Shown piece after piece: positions 24,189 to 35,605 of a DNA stretch of 64,000 nucleotides. The notes under the pieces are model-generated. The model saw nothing but the letters and a program-made list of their open reading frames with translations, made no database searches and was not told where the DNA came from. A program made the translations under genes and the position numbers. Origin of the DNA: Oopsacas minuta (taxonomy: Eukaryota; Animalia; Porifera); NCBI GenBank assembly GCA_024704765.1, contig JAKMXF010000066.1, positions 1,051,883-1,115,882 on the forward strand. Direction: 5' to 3'. How positions within the stretch are numbered: the stretch's first letter is position 1; each line of letters opens with the position of its first letter.

Positions 24189-25185
24189 TGAACACTCAAC
24201 ATTTATCAACCGTCTGTACATATTCATAGGCTCGCAAACTTGCTTGTCTCAACAGAAATCCAGTAATTAGAGACAATCCTGTTTCCATTATACTGTTATA
24301 CAATCTTGTAGTATTTGGATTGGTGTATCCAAACAAACAAATTTGATTTGTTAATTGAACTGATAAACTGAATTGTTATGCATGGTTTTGATATCAAAAG
24401 TATGTATATTCCCTTTTTTATAATATCTTTACATTTAAGACTGCTGGTTACCGCGCATCTCCCATTAAACTCGAGTAGGTCAGATAAATGGTGTTGATTC
24501 GTTCATAATGGGTCATATTTTTCTGACAGAAATATTAGGTCTCATGTTTATATGTATTTGTTTACATGTTATTCAAATTAGCAATAGTAGAAACTCGGGC
24601 AAATTGATATTTAGTTAGCCTTTGATTAAATCAAATGGTTCTTAATTCATTAATTCAAAAGGTTTAAATACACTTAAATAAATGATAATATACATTTTTC
24701 ATTTGATTATAATTGGATCTATGACTTATATATTCATTTATTATTCAATTCCCACCTAAATACAAAGGAAACACGAAATACAATAATACTTCAATTGAAT
24801 AATATTTGTTTTGATCACGCGATCACTTTGAATATGTTCATTGATTCAAATTCAATAACAACTGAGTTAATAGGATTACGGAATTCCCTTTGATATGAAG
24901 AACATGTTTTGCTCCAATCGGCAATATATTGTGTAATTTCTGCAATTATCCTTTTCAAAATTTTGATCAATTTTGTTCAATTTTTATTTCAATGTAAGTT
25001 GATTGTTAAGCTAAGTAAAATTTATGAAATTTATTTTCACAGTATCTGGTAGGCCCCGCTTACTTGGGTGACTCCCCTTTTAAGTGGAGAAATTTAACAC
25101 TTTTGCTGGTTTTGTTTCTTGCCAAGTGGTCCTATTAACAATGGCTTTATTAATTAGGGTGACACACATTGAATTAATTGTAATA

Positions 25186-25357
25186 CAGTAGTCTCGTAAT
25201 ACGAACAGGGTTTGGTGTAACTCGAGATAAGGTGTACATTTGTACACTTTATCAGCTCCTTTCAATGCTTTTCAATGTAAATTAGTTTGGATAATACGTA
25301 ATACGATAAGAAGTACGAATTTGACACTCCCGGCGTACGTATTAACGAGACTTTTTA
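25186..25357. mobile_element. Degenerate pogo/Tigger-like MITE, family D
   Basis: TA-CAGTAGTCTCGTAATACG ... CGTATTAACGAGACT imperfect TIRs. Related to 63337-63452. Confidence 0.55.
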
Positions 25358-26265
25358 CATTACATAAAATACTCACCAATTTTGTCCTATTTTGGTCTTC
25401 CAATCTTCATAAAATATCAAAGTGTCTTTAAATCTCAAAACAGAAATATCAACATCTCAAAATATAGCTTATCAAAGTTCCTTCACGGATTGTTTGTTAA
25501 AAATTGGAACATTTATGTAACAATCTTCCCCAAACAATCAGCTCGTTAAAATTGCAAAATAATTTCTTACTACAGAATATCATTACAAACTAGCAGACTA
25601 CTCCTATTATATAGTACGTAGGAGCACCTGGCGACAGTGCAATAGGTGTGTATATGTAATAACCTGTTACTCCACATGCATTGGCTGTCTAAAGTATTTT
25701 TGCAATGTTTATTGATCTAATTGAATCAGTCCGTAAATTTCATATGGTGCTAACATTGTCTATCCTACGGTCCAAATGAACTTACCCTCATCAATTATCC
25801 CAGAAGTTCTCTAACTAGTTCCAGTTGCAAATTATGAATTCAATGCATTTTTTAGCTTCAATTAGCTTATTCGCTAACTTACAAAATGTTGCACACAGCT
25901 CATTTATGAAATGATTGCCAATTACATCACTTCCAGATTTTCTCAGTAAATCATTGTAGCTATATTTAGAACAAATTTTCACACTATATTTGTTTACATA
26001 GCTTTACACCTTACAAGGTAATCAATTCATTAACTACACATTTATCCATTGTTATGTGTTATGTCTACGGAATATGATATGCATTTCATTCAATTGTATA
26101 TCCATTTATGAAACCATAGCTATAACAATACGGCCTCTCTATATGCAATTCTACAATAGCCAAATGCATCAGTATTTATAGACGAAGACTTCTTGAATTG
26201 TCAATAGTTTTTTCAACTCTTACAATTCTATTTTTTTTAGAAAAGCTAATAAGCTTTTTCTGGTA

Positions 26266-26940
26266 ATGTACAGCCATCCCCAAACCAGCATACATGCATC
26301 TAGTGCATTGACTGCTCTGTCAAGGTTGAAACAAGATTACTTGCGTATTAAGAAAGATCCAGTGCCATTCATCTCCGCTGAGCCTTTGCCTAGTCAGATA
26401 TTGGAATGGCATTTCGTCGTTGAGGGCCCCCAGAATTCTCCATATTACGGTGGGTTCTATCATGGCAAACTGCTTTTCCCCAAGGAGTACCCCTTCAAAC
26501 CGCCAGCAATATATATGCAGACACCGAATGGAAGGTTTAGAACGAACGAGAGAATTTGCTTGTCAATTTCTGATTTCCATCCCGAGTTATGGAATCCATC
26601 TTGGTCTGTTTCAACCATTCTGACCGGCTTATTGAGTTTCATGCTGGAGAATTCCCAGACAGTAGGTTCCATTGAAAGTAGTCCTTATGACAAACAAAAA
26701 CTGGCTCACGATAGTTTACAGTATAATTTGAGAAACAGTTTGTTCAAAGAACTTTTCCCCGAAATTGTACTACGCATACAAGAAAAGTTACAATCAGAAT
26801 CACAGGCCATAACGACCTACAGCGATTCATTTGAATCTTTGCCTATTACAAAAAGTATTGGCAAATTCGTCTGCAAAAATCTCTGTTTGATTGTGGGGGG
26901 TGTTGTTATTTACTACACTGCACGGTATCTATATTCGTGA
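26266..26940 (+). CDS. UBE2J2: Ubiquitin-conjugating enzyme E2 J2 (Ubc6), intronless
   Basis: RLKQDYLRIKKDPVP, YYGGFYHGKLLFPKEYPFKPP, TPNGRF..N.RICLSISDFHPELWNPSWSVSTILTGLLSFM, C-terminal TM anchor. Confidence 0.95.
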   Translation: MYSHPQTSIHASSALTALSRLKQDYLRIKKDPVPFISAEPLPSQILEWHFVVEGPQNSPYYGGFYHGKLLFPKEYPFKPPAIYMQTPNGRFRTNERICLSISDFHPELWNPSWSVSTILTGLLSFMLENSQTVGSIESSPYDKQKLAHDSLQYNLRNSLFKELFPEIVLRIQEKLQSESQAITTYSDSFESLPITKSIGKFVCKNLCLIVGGVVIYYTARYLYS

Positions 26941-27467
26941 TTTTAATAACTACTTTTGCTTTCGGTCCTTACTAATAGATGATTTTGTATTTATGCACTC
27001 TAGAATTTGCACAATTATTATTATTACTATTATTATCGTGATTACTTTACTTATAAGCTTATTTGTTTACTAGTCTTTGAAATTAAGAGCTAGACTTTAG
27101 TTTTCTATCCTTTACTGGGTGGTAAAGATTGCTTTTCCACACAGTACTATATTGAAACTTGGAATATCTCGTTTGGGGCTGACGATCGCTTTTTCGGGCA
27201 TTTTAGCGTCATTCCAGCTGAATTTTAGAAAAGCGAATTCTAAACTCTATCTTGTAGTTTTGTCCTGGAAGTTTTTAAATTGAAAAGAGTGCTGCGTGGT
27301 ATTTGTATCCTGAGATTTCTACCATTTGCGTATGGTTGCACAAGCATTCACTGTCACGCATGACGTATCTCTATACTACTGATATGCACTTTGTTATTTA
27401 ATTAACTGTCTCAAAATAGATTTACTGTTTAGTCTCGCTAGAATTCCAATTTGCCTGAATCGTAACT

Positions 27468-30400
27468 ATGACAAGCACACCATACCATATCACTACACTG
27501 CTAGAGAAGATGACTTCCAGTGACAAAGATTACAGGTTTATGGCTTGCAATGATTTGATTGTAGAGTTGAAGAAAGATGTCCTAAAGTTAGATGAAGATG
27601 CTGAAAAGCGTGTAGCACAAATGTTGCTCAAACTGCTGCAAGATAAGAACGGAGAAGTACAGAATCTAGCTGTAAAATGTTTAGGTAGAGTTAGAATATA
27701 AATTATGGGTAAAATGGAGTAGTCCTTAGTCATTACATATCATCAGTGGTCCATGACCATTTTCACCCATCCTGTTGTCGCCTGTTGACCACCAAGGGTC
27801 CATTCTCTGTTACAATAAAGACATGCATATTTATGAAATTTGTAGGTTTACTAATTCACAAGTCAAAAGAAACCAATCTTTTCTGGTTGAACGAAACACT
27901 CTGCGACAATCTAACCTCTAAAGAAGAACAGTTGAGAGATATAAGCTCTATAGCAATAAAGACTATTATAGCTGAATTGCCTCCTCCGTCTAATTCTCTA
28001 TCAGCTAGAATTTCTCATACATTAGTAAAGAGGCTGTTGAATGTATTCAAAGATCCATCCGTAGATTCGCATGTACAATTGGAGAGTTTAGACATAATCA
28101 GTGATTTGTTGATCAGGCAAGTTAAGGTCCAAGAACACTGTATTATTGATAGAACGAATTGTCCCCAGACATAACTTTTCGGGAGGAGGGCACTCTGACG
28201 TATATTGTTGTAATTTTGAACATTTCAATCGGAGTTATAGTTTTCGAGATGTGTTCATGCAAAGTGGTTGAGCCACAAGCAATTATGGTGACTTAATGAA
28301 TCTTCCCTATTTATAGATATGGCAATCTCTTGCAATCTCAGCATGAAGAAGTATTAGACGTTTCACTATCTCTACTGAAGAATAGTCGTGTAGCTGTAAA
28401 GAAACGTTCTATTATTGTGATTAGCCAACTTGTAACTTGTTGCTCACAAGAAGTATTCTTGAAGCTCCTTGATTACGTCATCAGTCGTCTGAGTGATGCT
28501 GATTCAATTCTTATGTATAAGACTTATGTCCAGGTACTGTTATTGGTGGTAGAAACCAATAGAAAAGCATTGTACTGTATACCGTAAAACCGCCACAAAC
28601 GGGGTAGCATTTTTGACATCCTTTGTGGAGGTTTCCCTATACTCTAATACATGTAGGCAATGGGAGCAATAACCCGACAGGCAGGTGTTCGCATGTCAGA
28701 CTTGCTACCCAAAATAATTCCCCTCGTGCTCTCTCCATGCGGTGAAGATAGCGGTTTCAAAGATGACGAATTGAGAGAATGCTGCTTACAAACTCTAGAA
28801 TCTTTCATACAAAAGTGTCCTAGAGATATCAACCAATTCATACCAGATATAACGAGTATAGCTCTAACATATTTATCTCATGATCCTAATTACTATGATG
28901 ATGGAGAGGAGCAAGCTACAGGCTCTGATGATGAAGTAATGGATACAGATCAGGAAGTGGTAAGTCATGCGTAGAAGTGGTCACTAGCTTGGTTAGAGTG
29001 TGATTTCTATAAAACCTAACTATACGATATTCGCCATCCATGGTTAATTCGCTAATGAGTTTTCGTCAAAACAAAGTATTAAATTGGTTGTATAGGATTC
29101 TGCAGATGAGTATAATGATGATGATTACAGTGATGATGATGATGTCAGTTGGAAAGTACGTCGTGCTGCAGCTAAATGTATATCCGCTATAATCTCATCT
29201 CGTCCTGATATGCTAGCTGAGCAATACACTTCGCTTTCACCCGCACTGATAAAGCGTTTCAAGGAGCGAGAAGATAATGTTAAATCGGATATATTCGAGG
29301 CATACATAATGCTTCTTAAGCAGACTAAGGCTTTCAGCATTTTGCGTGGTAGAGATGTAATAATAGATTCTAATGATATGGAAACTGATGGGCCTATACT
29401 GTTACTACAACAACAGGTAAGCTCTAATCAATTGTCTATGTACGTTACATGGCTGTTTACACCCTTTATAGGTACCTGACCTTGTACGTGGAGTTACCAA
29501 ACAAATAAAACAGAAGAGTGATAAAACAAGACAATGTTGCTTCAGCCTACTTACAGAACTAGTATTAACTCTCCCCGGTTCATTGAGCTCTACAGAAGAT
29601 CTTAATAAAATTATACCAGCACTAAACAGCTCTATTCATGATAAGAATGCTGCATCAAACTTGAAAATTGATATTCTACATTTCCTACACGTGCTGTTAC
29701 GTAATCACAGTCCTGCATGTTTTCACCCTCATATTTATGTTCTTTGTCCTCTACTGGTTGATGCTATACAAGATTCTTTTTATAAGATCACTAGTGAAGC
29801 TCTACTTGTTACACAGCAGCTTGTTATTGTTTTGAGGCCAGAGCTGACTCAAACGGCGGATTTTCAATTTGAGCCAATCATTGATACTTTATATCATGTG
29901 AGAAATACGCTAGATTTTGATTTACAGTCAACCCCGATTACATCGAATGCCCGCTTATATCGAAGTTTATAATTCTACAAGTACGTATGATCTCAAAGTA
30001 ACACACATTTATCGGCCACATCGAACTCCGCTTATATCGGAGTAATTATCGCAGTTTCTTAAGTTTCGAATTGACCGATGAAATATATATTACTTTGACT
30101 GTTTGGGACCATATTTGTACAATTTCAGACTTCGATCTAATCGGGAGTTGACTGTAGTTTGTATAGAAAATCAAATACGTACGTATACATATTTTCTTGA
30201 ATAGTCAACCCTTCTTCGTTTGAAAGCAACAGACATAGATCAGGAAGTGAAAGAGCGAGCTATAGCCTGTACAGCTCAGATAATAGCTACTCTGGGAGAT
30301 AAGCTATCACCAGAACAATTAAATGAATGTCTATGTATCTTACTAGACAGACTTGAGAATGAGATTACACGATTGACAACTGTTAAGAGCTTATCTACCA

Positions 30401-32671
30401 TAGTTGTATCAGCACTGAATGTTGATATCAGCTCTATTCTACCGCAAACATTCCCGCTATTAGCCTCTTTCCTTAGAAAGAATCAACGAACATTGAAGAT
30501 TGCATCTTTGAATTGTCTAACTGTATTATTTGAAAAGTGAGTATTTCATTTGGCAATTTCAGTTTTTCAATGATATTTGTTGTACTTAGATACTCATCAG
30601 TTATCTCTGAAGATCTCTATTGCCCAGTATTGAAAGAGCTCGCTCCTCTTATTTCAGAGGATGATCTACACATATCTCAACTAGTACTTATTCTCCTGGG
30701 CTGTCTCAGCAAAGGAATACCTTCATCTATGAATTTCATACACGATTCATTGCTACCTCGTATCTTATTTCTTCTATCTTCACCGTTACTACAAGGTATG
30801 CTCGTCTGTAGTTTTCAATCTTTTTTTCTATTAAAGTTTTACCCTGAGGCTACATAGTCGGGTTTTCCTCAACGTAAGCGGTACCAAACCTGTGGTCCAC
30901 AGAATGTGATAAAATTGGTATAGGTGATCCATGAGATGAAAATAGTTGAGAATTGCTACTCTACGTTGAGGCTACATTCGTTATAAATATATAATATTTA
31001 GGGACAGCACAAACTGCACTGCTAAATTTCTTCACTTCCCTCGTACGAGCTAACATTCCAAGTCTAACCTATGAGAGTCTAGTAATACTAGTTACTGAGC
31101 CTATTAACAACCCATCCAAGGATCCAGCACAGCCTTTACACAAGCATGGATACCATAGCATAGCTAAATGCGTGTCAGCTCTGGTATCAGCTGTTCCTGA
31201 TCAAACTGATGATACAGTGAAGAGTTTGGTTGCTATCATCTCTAATAAAACATCTACTGATCAACAAAGGTTATATGCACTGTTAACCATTGGGGAAATA
31301 GGTAATATACTTTCTGAATAATTAACAATTTCATACTTACTAAATATTACATAATTCCCAGATTTCCTTGCTAAACCGATTTCACGCTTTTCCCTCTATT
31401 CCACCCGAAAATATCCAGAAATATAGCAAAAAATGGAACAATAGTCCCTGATATGCAATTTTCATTTTGCGAATTTTATGTAGTACTCATTTTTAGGAAA
31501 ATATTATAATATGAGGGCATACAGTGAACTCCAACAGATTTTAATTGGAACATTCAATCTCACATCAGAAGACGTTAAATCCGCCGCAGCATATGCCCTT
31601 GGTAATATCAGTGCAGGTAATGTTGAGCAATTTGTGCCTTACCTACTATCACAAATACAAGCCAATCCACAGCATGGTTATTTGCTGCTACAGTCACTGA
31701 AGGAGGTGATTATTTCCCTCAGTCGTCATCCAGACAATTTTTTAAAGTTGAAACCGTGTGTAGAGGAAATCTGGTCACATATGTTCCAGAACTGTGAATC
31801 GCCAGAGGAGGGTAAGAGACAGGTTGTAGCTGAGTGTATCGGTAAGCTAACTTTATTGGATATTAACGATAGACTCCCTAAACTTGAAGCAGCCCTGAAA
31901 TCTGAATCTGAGAATGTACGCGCCACGGTTGTAGCCGCGTTTAAATTCACAATAACCGAACAACCTCAGACATTTGATCCTCTCCTCAAAGCGAATATAG
32001 GCACGTTCCTCTGTATGCTAGAAGACCCTGTATTATCAGTACGTAGAGTAGCTCTTATTGCCTTGAATTCTGCCGCACATAACAAACCATCTCTGATTAA
32101 AGACATGCTAGGATTTCTACTGCCAAAACTTTATGCTGAAACTAATGTAAGGAAAGAGTTGATCCGACAAGTTGAAATGGGTCCGTTTAAACATAGAGTT
32201 GATGATGGTTTGGATATGCGAAAGGCCGCATTTGAGTGTATGTACACTATGCTGGACACCTGTTTAGATCGTCTTGATATTTTCGAATTTCTAACCCATT
32301 TAGAAAAAGGTCTAAAGGATCATTATGATATAAAAATGTTGACCTACTTAATGCTCACTCGGTTATCATCACTATGTCCTGCTGCTATATTAGCACGCCT
32401 TGATCAGCTGATCGAAGGCTTACGCGCAACCATATTGAGTAGTGTCAAACCTGAGAGTGTTAAACAAGAATACGAAAAACAACTTGAACTTAAACGTTCA
32501 GCAATTCGCGCGCTAGTTACCATATTACAAATACAAGATGCGATTAAAAACCCAAAACTAAACGATTTCCTAGCTCAAATCAAAGCGGATAAAAATCTTA
32601 ACACTATTCTCGATAATGCAATACATGACACAAAGAGTTTGACAGGTGAGACATCAATGGATACTAGTTAA
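27468..32671 (+). CDS. CAND1: Cullin-associated NEDD8-dissociated protein 1, 10 exons
   Basis: Exons 27468-27684, 27846-28116, 28317-28533, 28657-28959, 29096-29416, 29472-29897, 30205-30536, 30590-30795, 31002-31301, 31497-32671. [67 protein letters not shown]. Confidence 0.96.
28582..28639. mobile_element. Short MITE, family B, in CAND1 intron
   Basis: TA-CCGTAAAACCGCCACAAACGGGG ... TTTGTGGAGGTTTCCCTA-TA, a 58 nt internally deleted copy. Confidence 0.65.
29925..30154. mobile_element. MITE, family A (TIR CAGTCAACTCCCGTTATATCGAA), in CAND1 intron
   Basis: TA-CAGTCAACCCCGATTACATCGAA ... TTCGATCTAATCGGGAGTTGACTG-TA. TA target duplication and CAGT ends indicate Tc1/mariner, pogo/Tigger type. 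Confidence 0.85.
30856..30975. mobile_element. Possible degenerate inverted-repeat element in CAND1 intron
   Basis: CCTCAACGTA ... TACGTTGAGG inverted pair about 95 nt apart. Ends and TSD unclear. Confidence 0.35.
31332..31486. repeat. Dispersed repeat family E, in CAND1 intron
   Basis: Core AAAATATCCAGAAATATAGCAAAA shared with 45531-45690 and 58202-58383, and inverted with 62361-62383. Ends approximate. Confidence 0.5.
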
Positions 32672-33195
32672 CATAGTGTATCCAGCTAGTTTATAGGACT
32701 TATAGAGATTTTGAATTATTTATCTCACTAATAAAAGTTTAGGATGTGTGTGTCGATATAGTGGTGATATTTTAGTTCGCGACATTATATGTTGAGATGT
32801 AATAGTGTATATGTATATAGCTGATTATTCTATGGTTTTCTTGTATAATAACTGTTGGGTCGAATCGATTCTAACAAATAACTGTATGCTTATGAATGCT
32901 TCTGCTGTTTGTTTGTTTTTGTCCAGAATTTATTGATAAACTTGTAAGAGCTAGTAACTTGAATTTCGGTTTGTGTATGCGTGTAAAAAATCGTTTATAA
33001 CATATCTGAAAAAGGTGTCAAGGCCGGTGGAACTGATCAGACACATTTTGCCTTGCCTGTGCAACTCTATGGACATTTTCCAATATTTCTGACCACTTTT
33101 AAATGCTTCCACTTGGCTCATTATTTCATTAAATACTAGTAAATGCTTAACAAACATTTTGGTAAGTAAATTATAGCGACAAGATCCATCATTGA

Positions 33196-34347
33196 ATGCT
33201 GAAGAAACTCGGAATAATATACATATCAACCTGCGGTGCTATGTTCTTAGGATGGCATTTATCAAACAAACAGAAACTCTACGACTACGTATTGAATCCA
33301 TTTATACAAACATTGCCACCAGAAGTAGCACATACTTTCGTCATTTCAGCTTTACGTAATGGTTTAGTACCAAAAAATCCTCCACAAACAAATCCTATAT
33401 TGAAAACTAAGCTAGCTAATTATGAGATTTGTAGCCCGATTGGCCTGGCTGCTGGTTTTGATAAAAATGCACGAGGCTTGTTCGGCTTATCCAAATTAGG
33501 ATTCAGCTTTTTAGAAGTTGGAACCGTCACGCCCCAAGAACAACCAGGAAATTCCGGACCGCGTCTGTTTAAATTGAAGCGGGATAAAGCTCTTATAAAT
33601 AGGATGGGATTCAATAACGAAGGTGCAGACGAAATGTCCGAACAGATCGATACATTTAAAGACAAACACCCCAAGAATTTCATACTAGGTATAAACATAG
33701 GAAAAAATAAACTTAGTGAGATTGCAGCTATTGACTATAGGATTTGTATTACAAAGCTTGCGTACTGTGCTGACTACTTGGTATTGAATGTATCATCACC
33801 AAACACACCAGGATTAAGAGATCTACAAGGGAAAGAGCAACTATCTCAGCTGCTATTGTCTGTCAAAAGTGAAATGTTAAAACGAAAAGTCGATAAACCT
33901 CTTTTTCTTAAAATTTCACCTGATTTATCTATGGATGGAATCAAAGATATTGTCAGTGTTGTTCAAGCCCCTGACACCCGTGTAGATGGACTTATCATAT
34001 CCAACTCCACGCTAAGACGGAATTTCGACCTCCACGGTCCATACGTCACTATGACAGGTGGACTAACAGGTAAACCTATACGGAACCTTTCAACCCAAAT
34101 GATTCGTATTGTCTACAACTTAACCAATGGGCAGATACCGATTATTGGAGTTGGTGGAGTATTCACTGGTGATGATGCGTTTGAGAAGATCAAAGCCGGC
34201 GCTTCTCTTGTTCAAATTTACACAGCTTTTGTGTATGAAGGCCCTACTGTAGTTAGGCGAATTGAAAATAGGTTAGCCGAATTGTTAGAAGAAAATAAAT
34301 TTAATAATGTTAGTGAAGCGATTGGTATTGAAGCGAATAAGAAATGA
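33196..34347 (+). CDS. DHODH: Dihydroorotate dehydrogenase (quinone), class 2, mitochondrial, intronless
   Basis: PIGLAAGFDKNA, EVGTVTPQEQPGNSGPRLFKL, INRMGFNNEG, LNVSSPNTPGLRDLQG, KISPDL, GGLTGKP, IIGVGGV, GASLVQIYT. Confidence 0.97.
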   Translation: MLKKLGIIYISTCGAMFLGWHLSNKQKLYDYVLNPFIQTLPPEVAHTFVISALRNGLVPKNPPQTNPILKTKLANYEICSPIGLAAGFDKNARGLFGLSKLGFSFLEVGTVTPQEQPGNSGPRLFKLKRDKALINRMGFNNEGADEMSEQIDTFKDKHPKNFILGINIGKNKLSEIAAIDYRICITKLAYCADYLVLNVSSPNTPGLRDLQGKEQLSQLLLSVKSEMLKRKVDKPLFLKISPDLSMDGIKDIVSVVQAPDTRVDGLIISNSTLRRNFDLHGPYVTMTGGLTGKPIRNLSTQMIRIVYNLTNGQIPIIGVGGVFTGDDAFEKIKAGASLVQIYTAFVYEGPTVVRRIENRLAELLEENKFNNVSEAIGIEANKK

Positions 34348-34394
34348 ATATATTTCAAAAAAATTACATTTTTTGCATATTTTGTATTATCGTA

Positions 34395-34528
34395 CAGTTC
34401 GAAACCGGTTTCTAACTAAATTTTCTTGCTCAGATTGTAAATATTTTGGGATTTACATGTATTTTCTATTAGTTTATTCTTCCTACTTTTTCCTGTAAAG
34501 AAATAGTAGGAAAAACCGGTTTCGACTG
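34395..34528. mobile_element. MITE, family C, between DHODH and TRMT112
   Basis: TA-CAGTTCGAAACCGGTTT ... AAACCGGTTTCGACTG-TA, 134 nt, TA duplication. Confidence 0.8.
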
Positions 34529-34643
34529 TATTTTTCAGTTTTTAACAATTATTTCCTAGCGATTCAAAATTTCGTTCTTGCTAGCTAACATATTCACGAA
34601 GCGACCTTCGCTTTTTCGATATAACTACACTCCCAAACGTGAA

Positions 34644-35045
34644 ATGAAGCTAATAACACATAATATCCTACAAAATAACATGAAAGATGGTAAGAAAGGT
34701 TACCCTCTTGTCTTGCAAGCTACTAAAATCGATAAAGTCATTGCTGAATTTAACCAAGAGTTCTTACTCCGTATGCTTGATCGGCTAGAATATCATGTAT
34801 TAATTCATGCACTTGAAATGATCGGAATGAAAGACTTTCTTCCCATTATTTTACCTGAAAATTGTTCAGAAGATGAAGCATTTATGAAAAATCTACATCA
34901 TGCCTTGCTGGAAATAGATATTATTGAGGGAGAATTGATTTGTCCCGAATCAGGAAGGAAGTTTCCTATCAAAGACGGCATTCCTAATATGCTATTGACA
35001 GATGAAGAGGAAATGGCAGTTGATAGCGAACCTAAATCTAAATAA
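34644..35045 (+). CDS. TRMT112: Multifunctional methyltransferase subunit TRM112
   Basis: MKLITHNIL, GYPL, EFNQEFLLRML, LHHALLEIDIIEGELICPESGRKFPIKDGIPNMLL. Confidence 0.95.
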   Translation: MKLITHNILQNNMKDGKKGYPLVLQATKIDKVIAEFNQEFLLRMLDRLEYHVLIHALEMIGMKDFLPIILPENCSEDEAFMKNLHHALLEIDIIEGELICPESGRKFPIKDGIPNMLLTDEEEMAVDSEPKSK

Positions 35046-35087
35046 TTGTATTTGAGTAGCTTTTGTATTGGAAATAGAAATATTATA

Positions 35088-35171
35088 CAGACAGCTCTCG
35101 TTGTATCGAACACGCATATATCGAAGTAATTATCGCAGTCCCTGGGCTTCGATATAACAGGGAGTTGACTG
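35088..35171. mobile_element. MITE, family A (84 nt), between TRMT112 and UQCR10
   Basis: CAGACAGCTCTCGTTGTATCGAA ... TTCGATATAACAGGGAGTTGACTG. Confidence 0.8.
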
Positions 35172-35244
35172 ATAGTTTTGTTAAAAACTACAAAAATTAT
35201 TATCTATTTGATCTCATATAATTAGCTCTTATACCAAATCTGCA

Positions 35245-35433
35245 ATGGTAAATATCATTCGTATTGTCTACAATACATTTCTACGACGTGGCTCAAGCTT
35301 TATACTAACTATGGTGATCGGAGCTGTGTTTTTCGAGAGACTGACAGACGATTGGATAGACAGATATTGGGAGCACATGAATAGAGGGAGGTTATGGAAA
35401 GACATAGAACATAAGTATCAGGCCGAGGATTAA
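35245..35433 (+). CDS. UQCR10: Cytochrome b-c1 complex subunit 9 (QCR9)
   Basis: 62 aa, YNTFLRRGSSFILTMVIGAVFFERLTD....YWEHMNRGRLWKDIEHKY. Confidence 0.92.
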   Translation: MVNIIRIVYNTFLRRGSSFILTMVIGAVFFERLTDDWIDRYWEHMNRGRLWKDIEHKYQAED

Positions 35434-35605
35434 CATCGAAAAACATTGTAGTGTTTACTGTACGTTATGTATTTACCATTACACTCGGTTAATTACAAGA
35501 TACTTACATTTACAATTGTTATATGAGATTTCCATCTTTGACCGCGATTATTGAATTGTTATTTCGTTTTTATACTTAGCAAACTTAGAGGAATATCGAA
35601 TAAGT

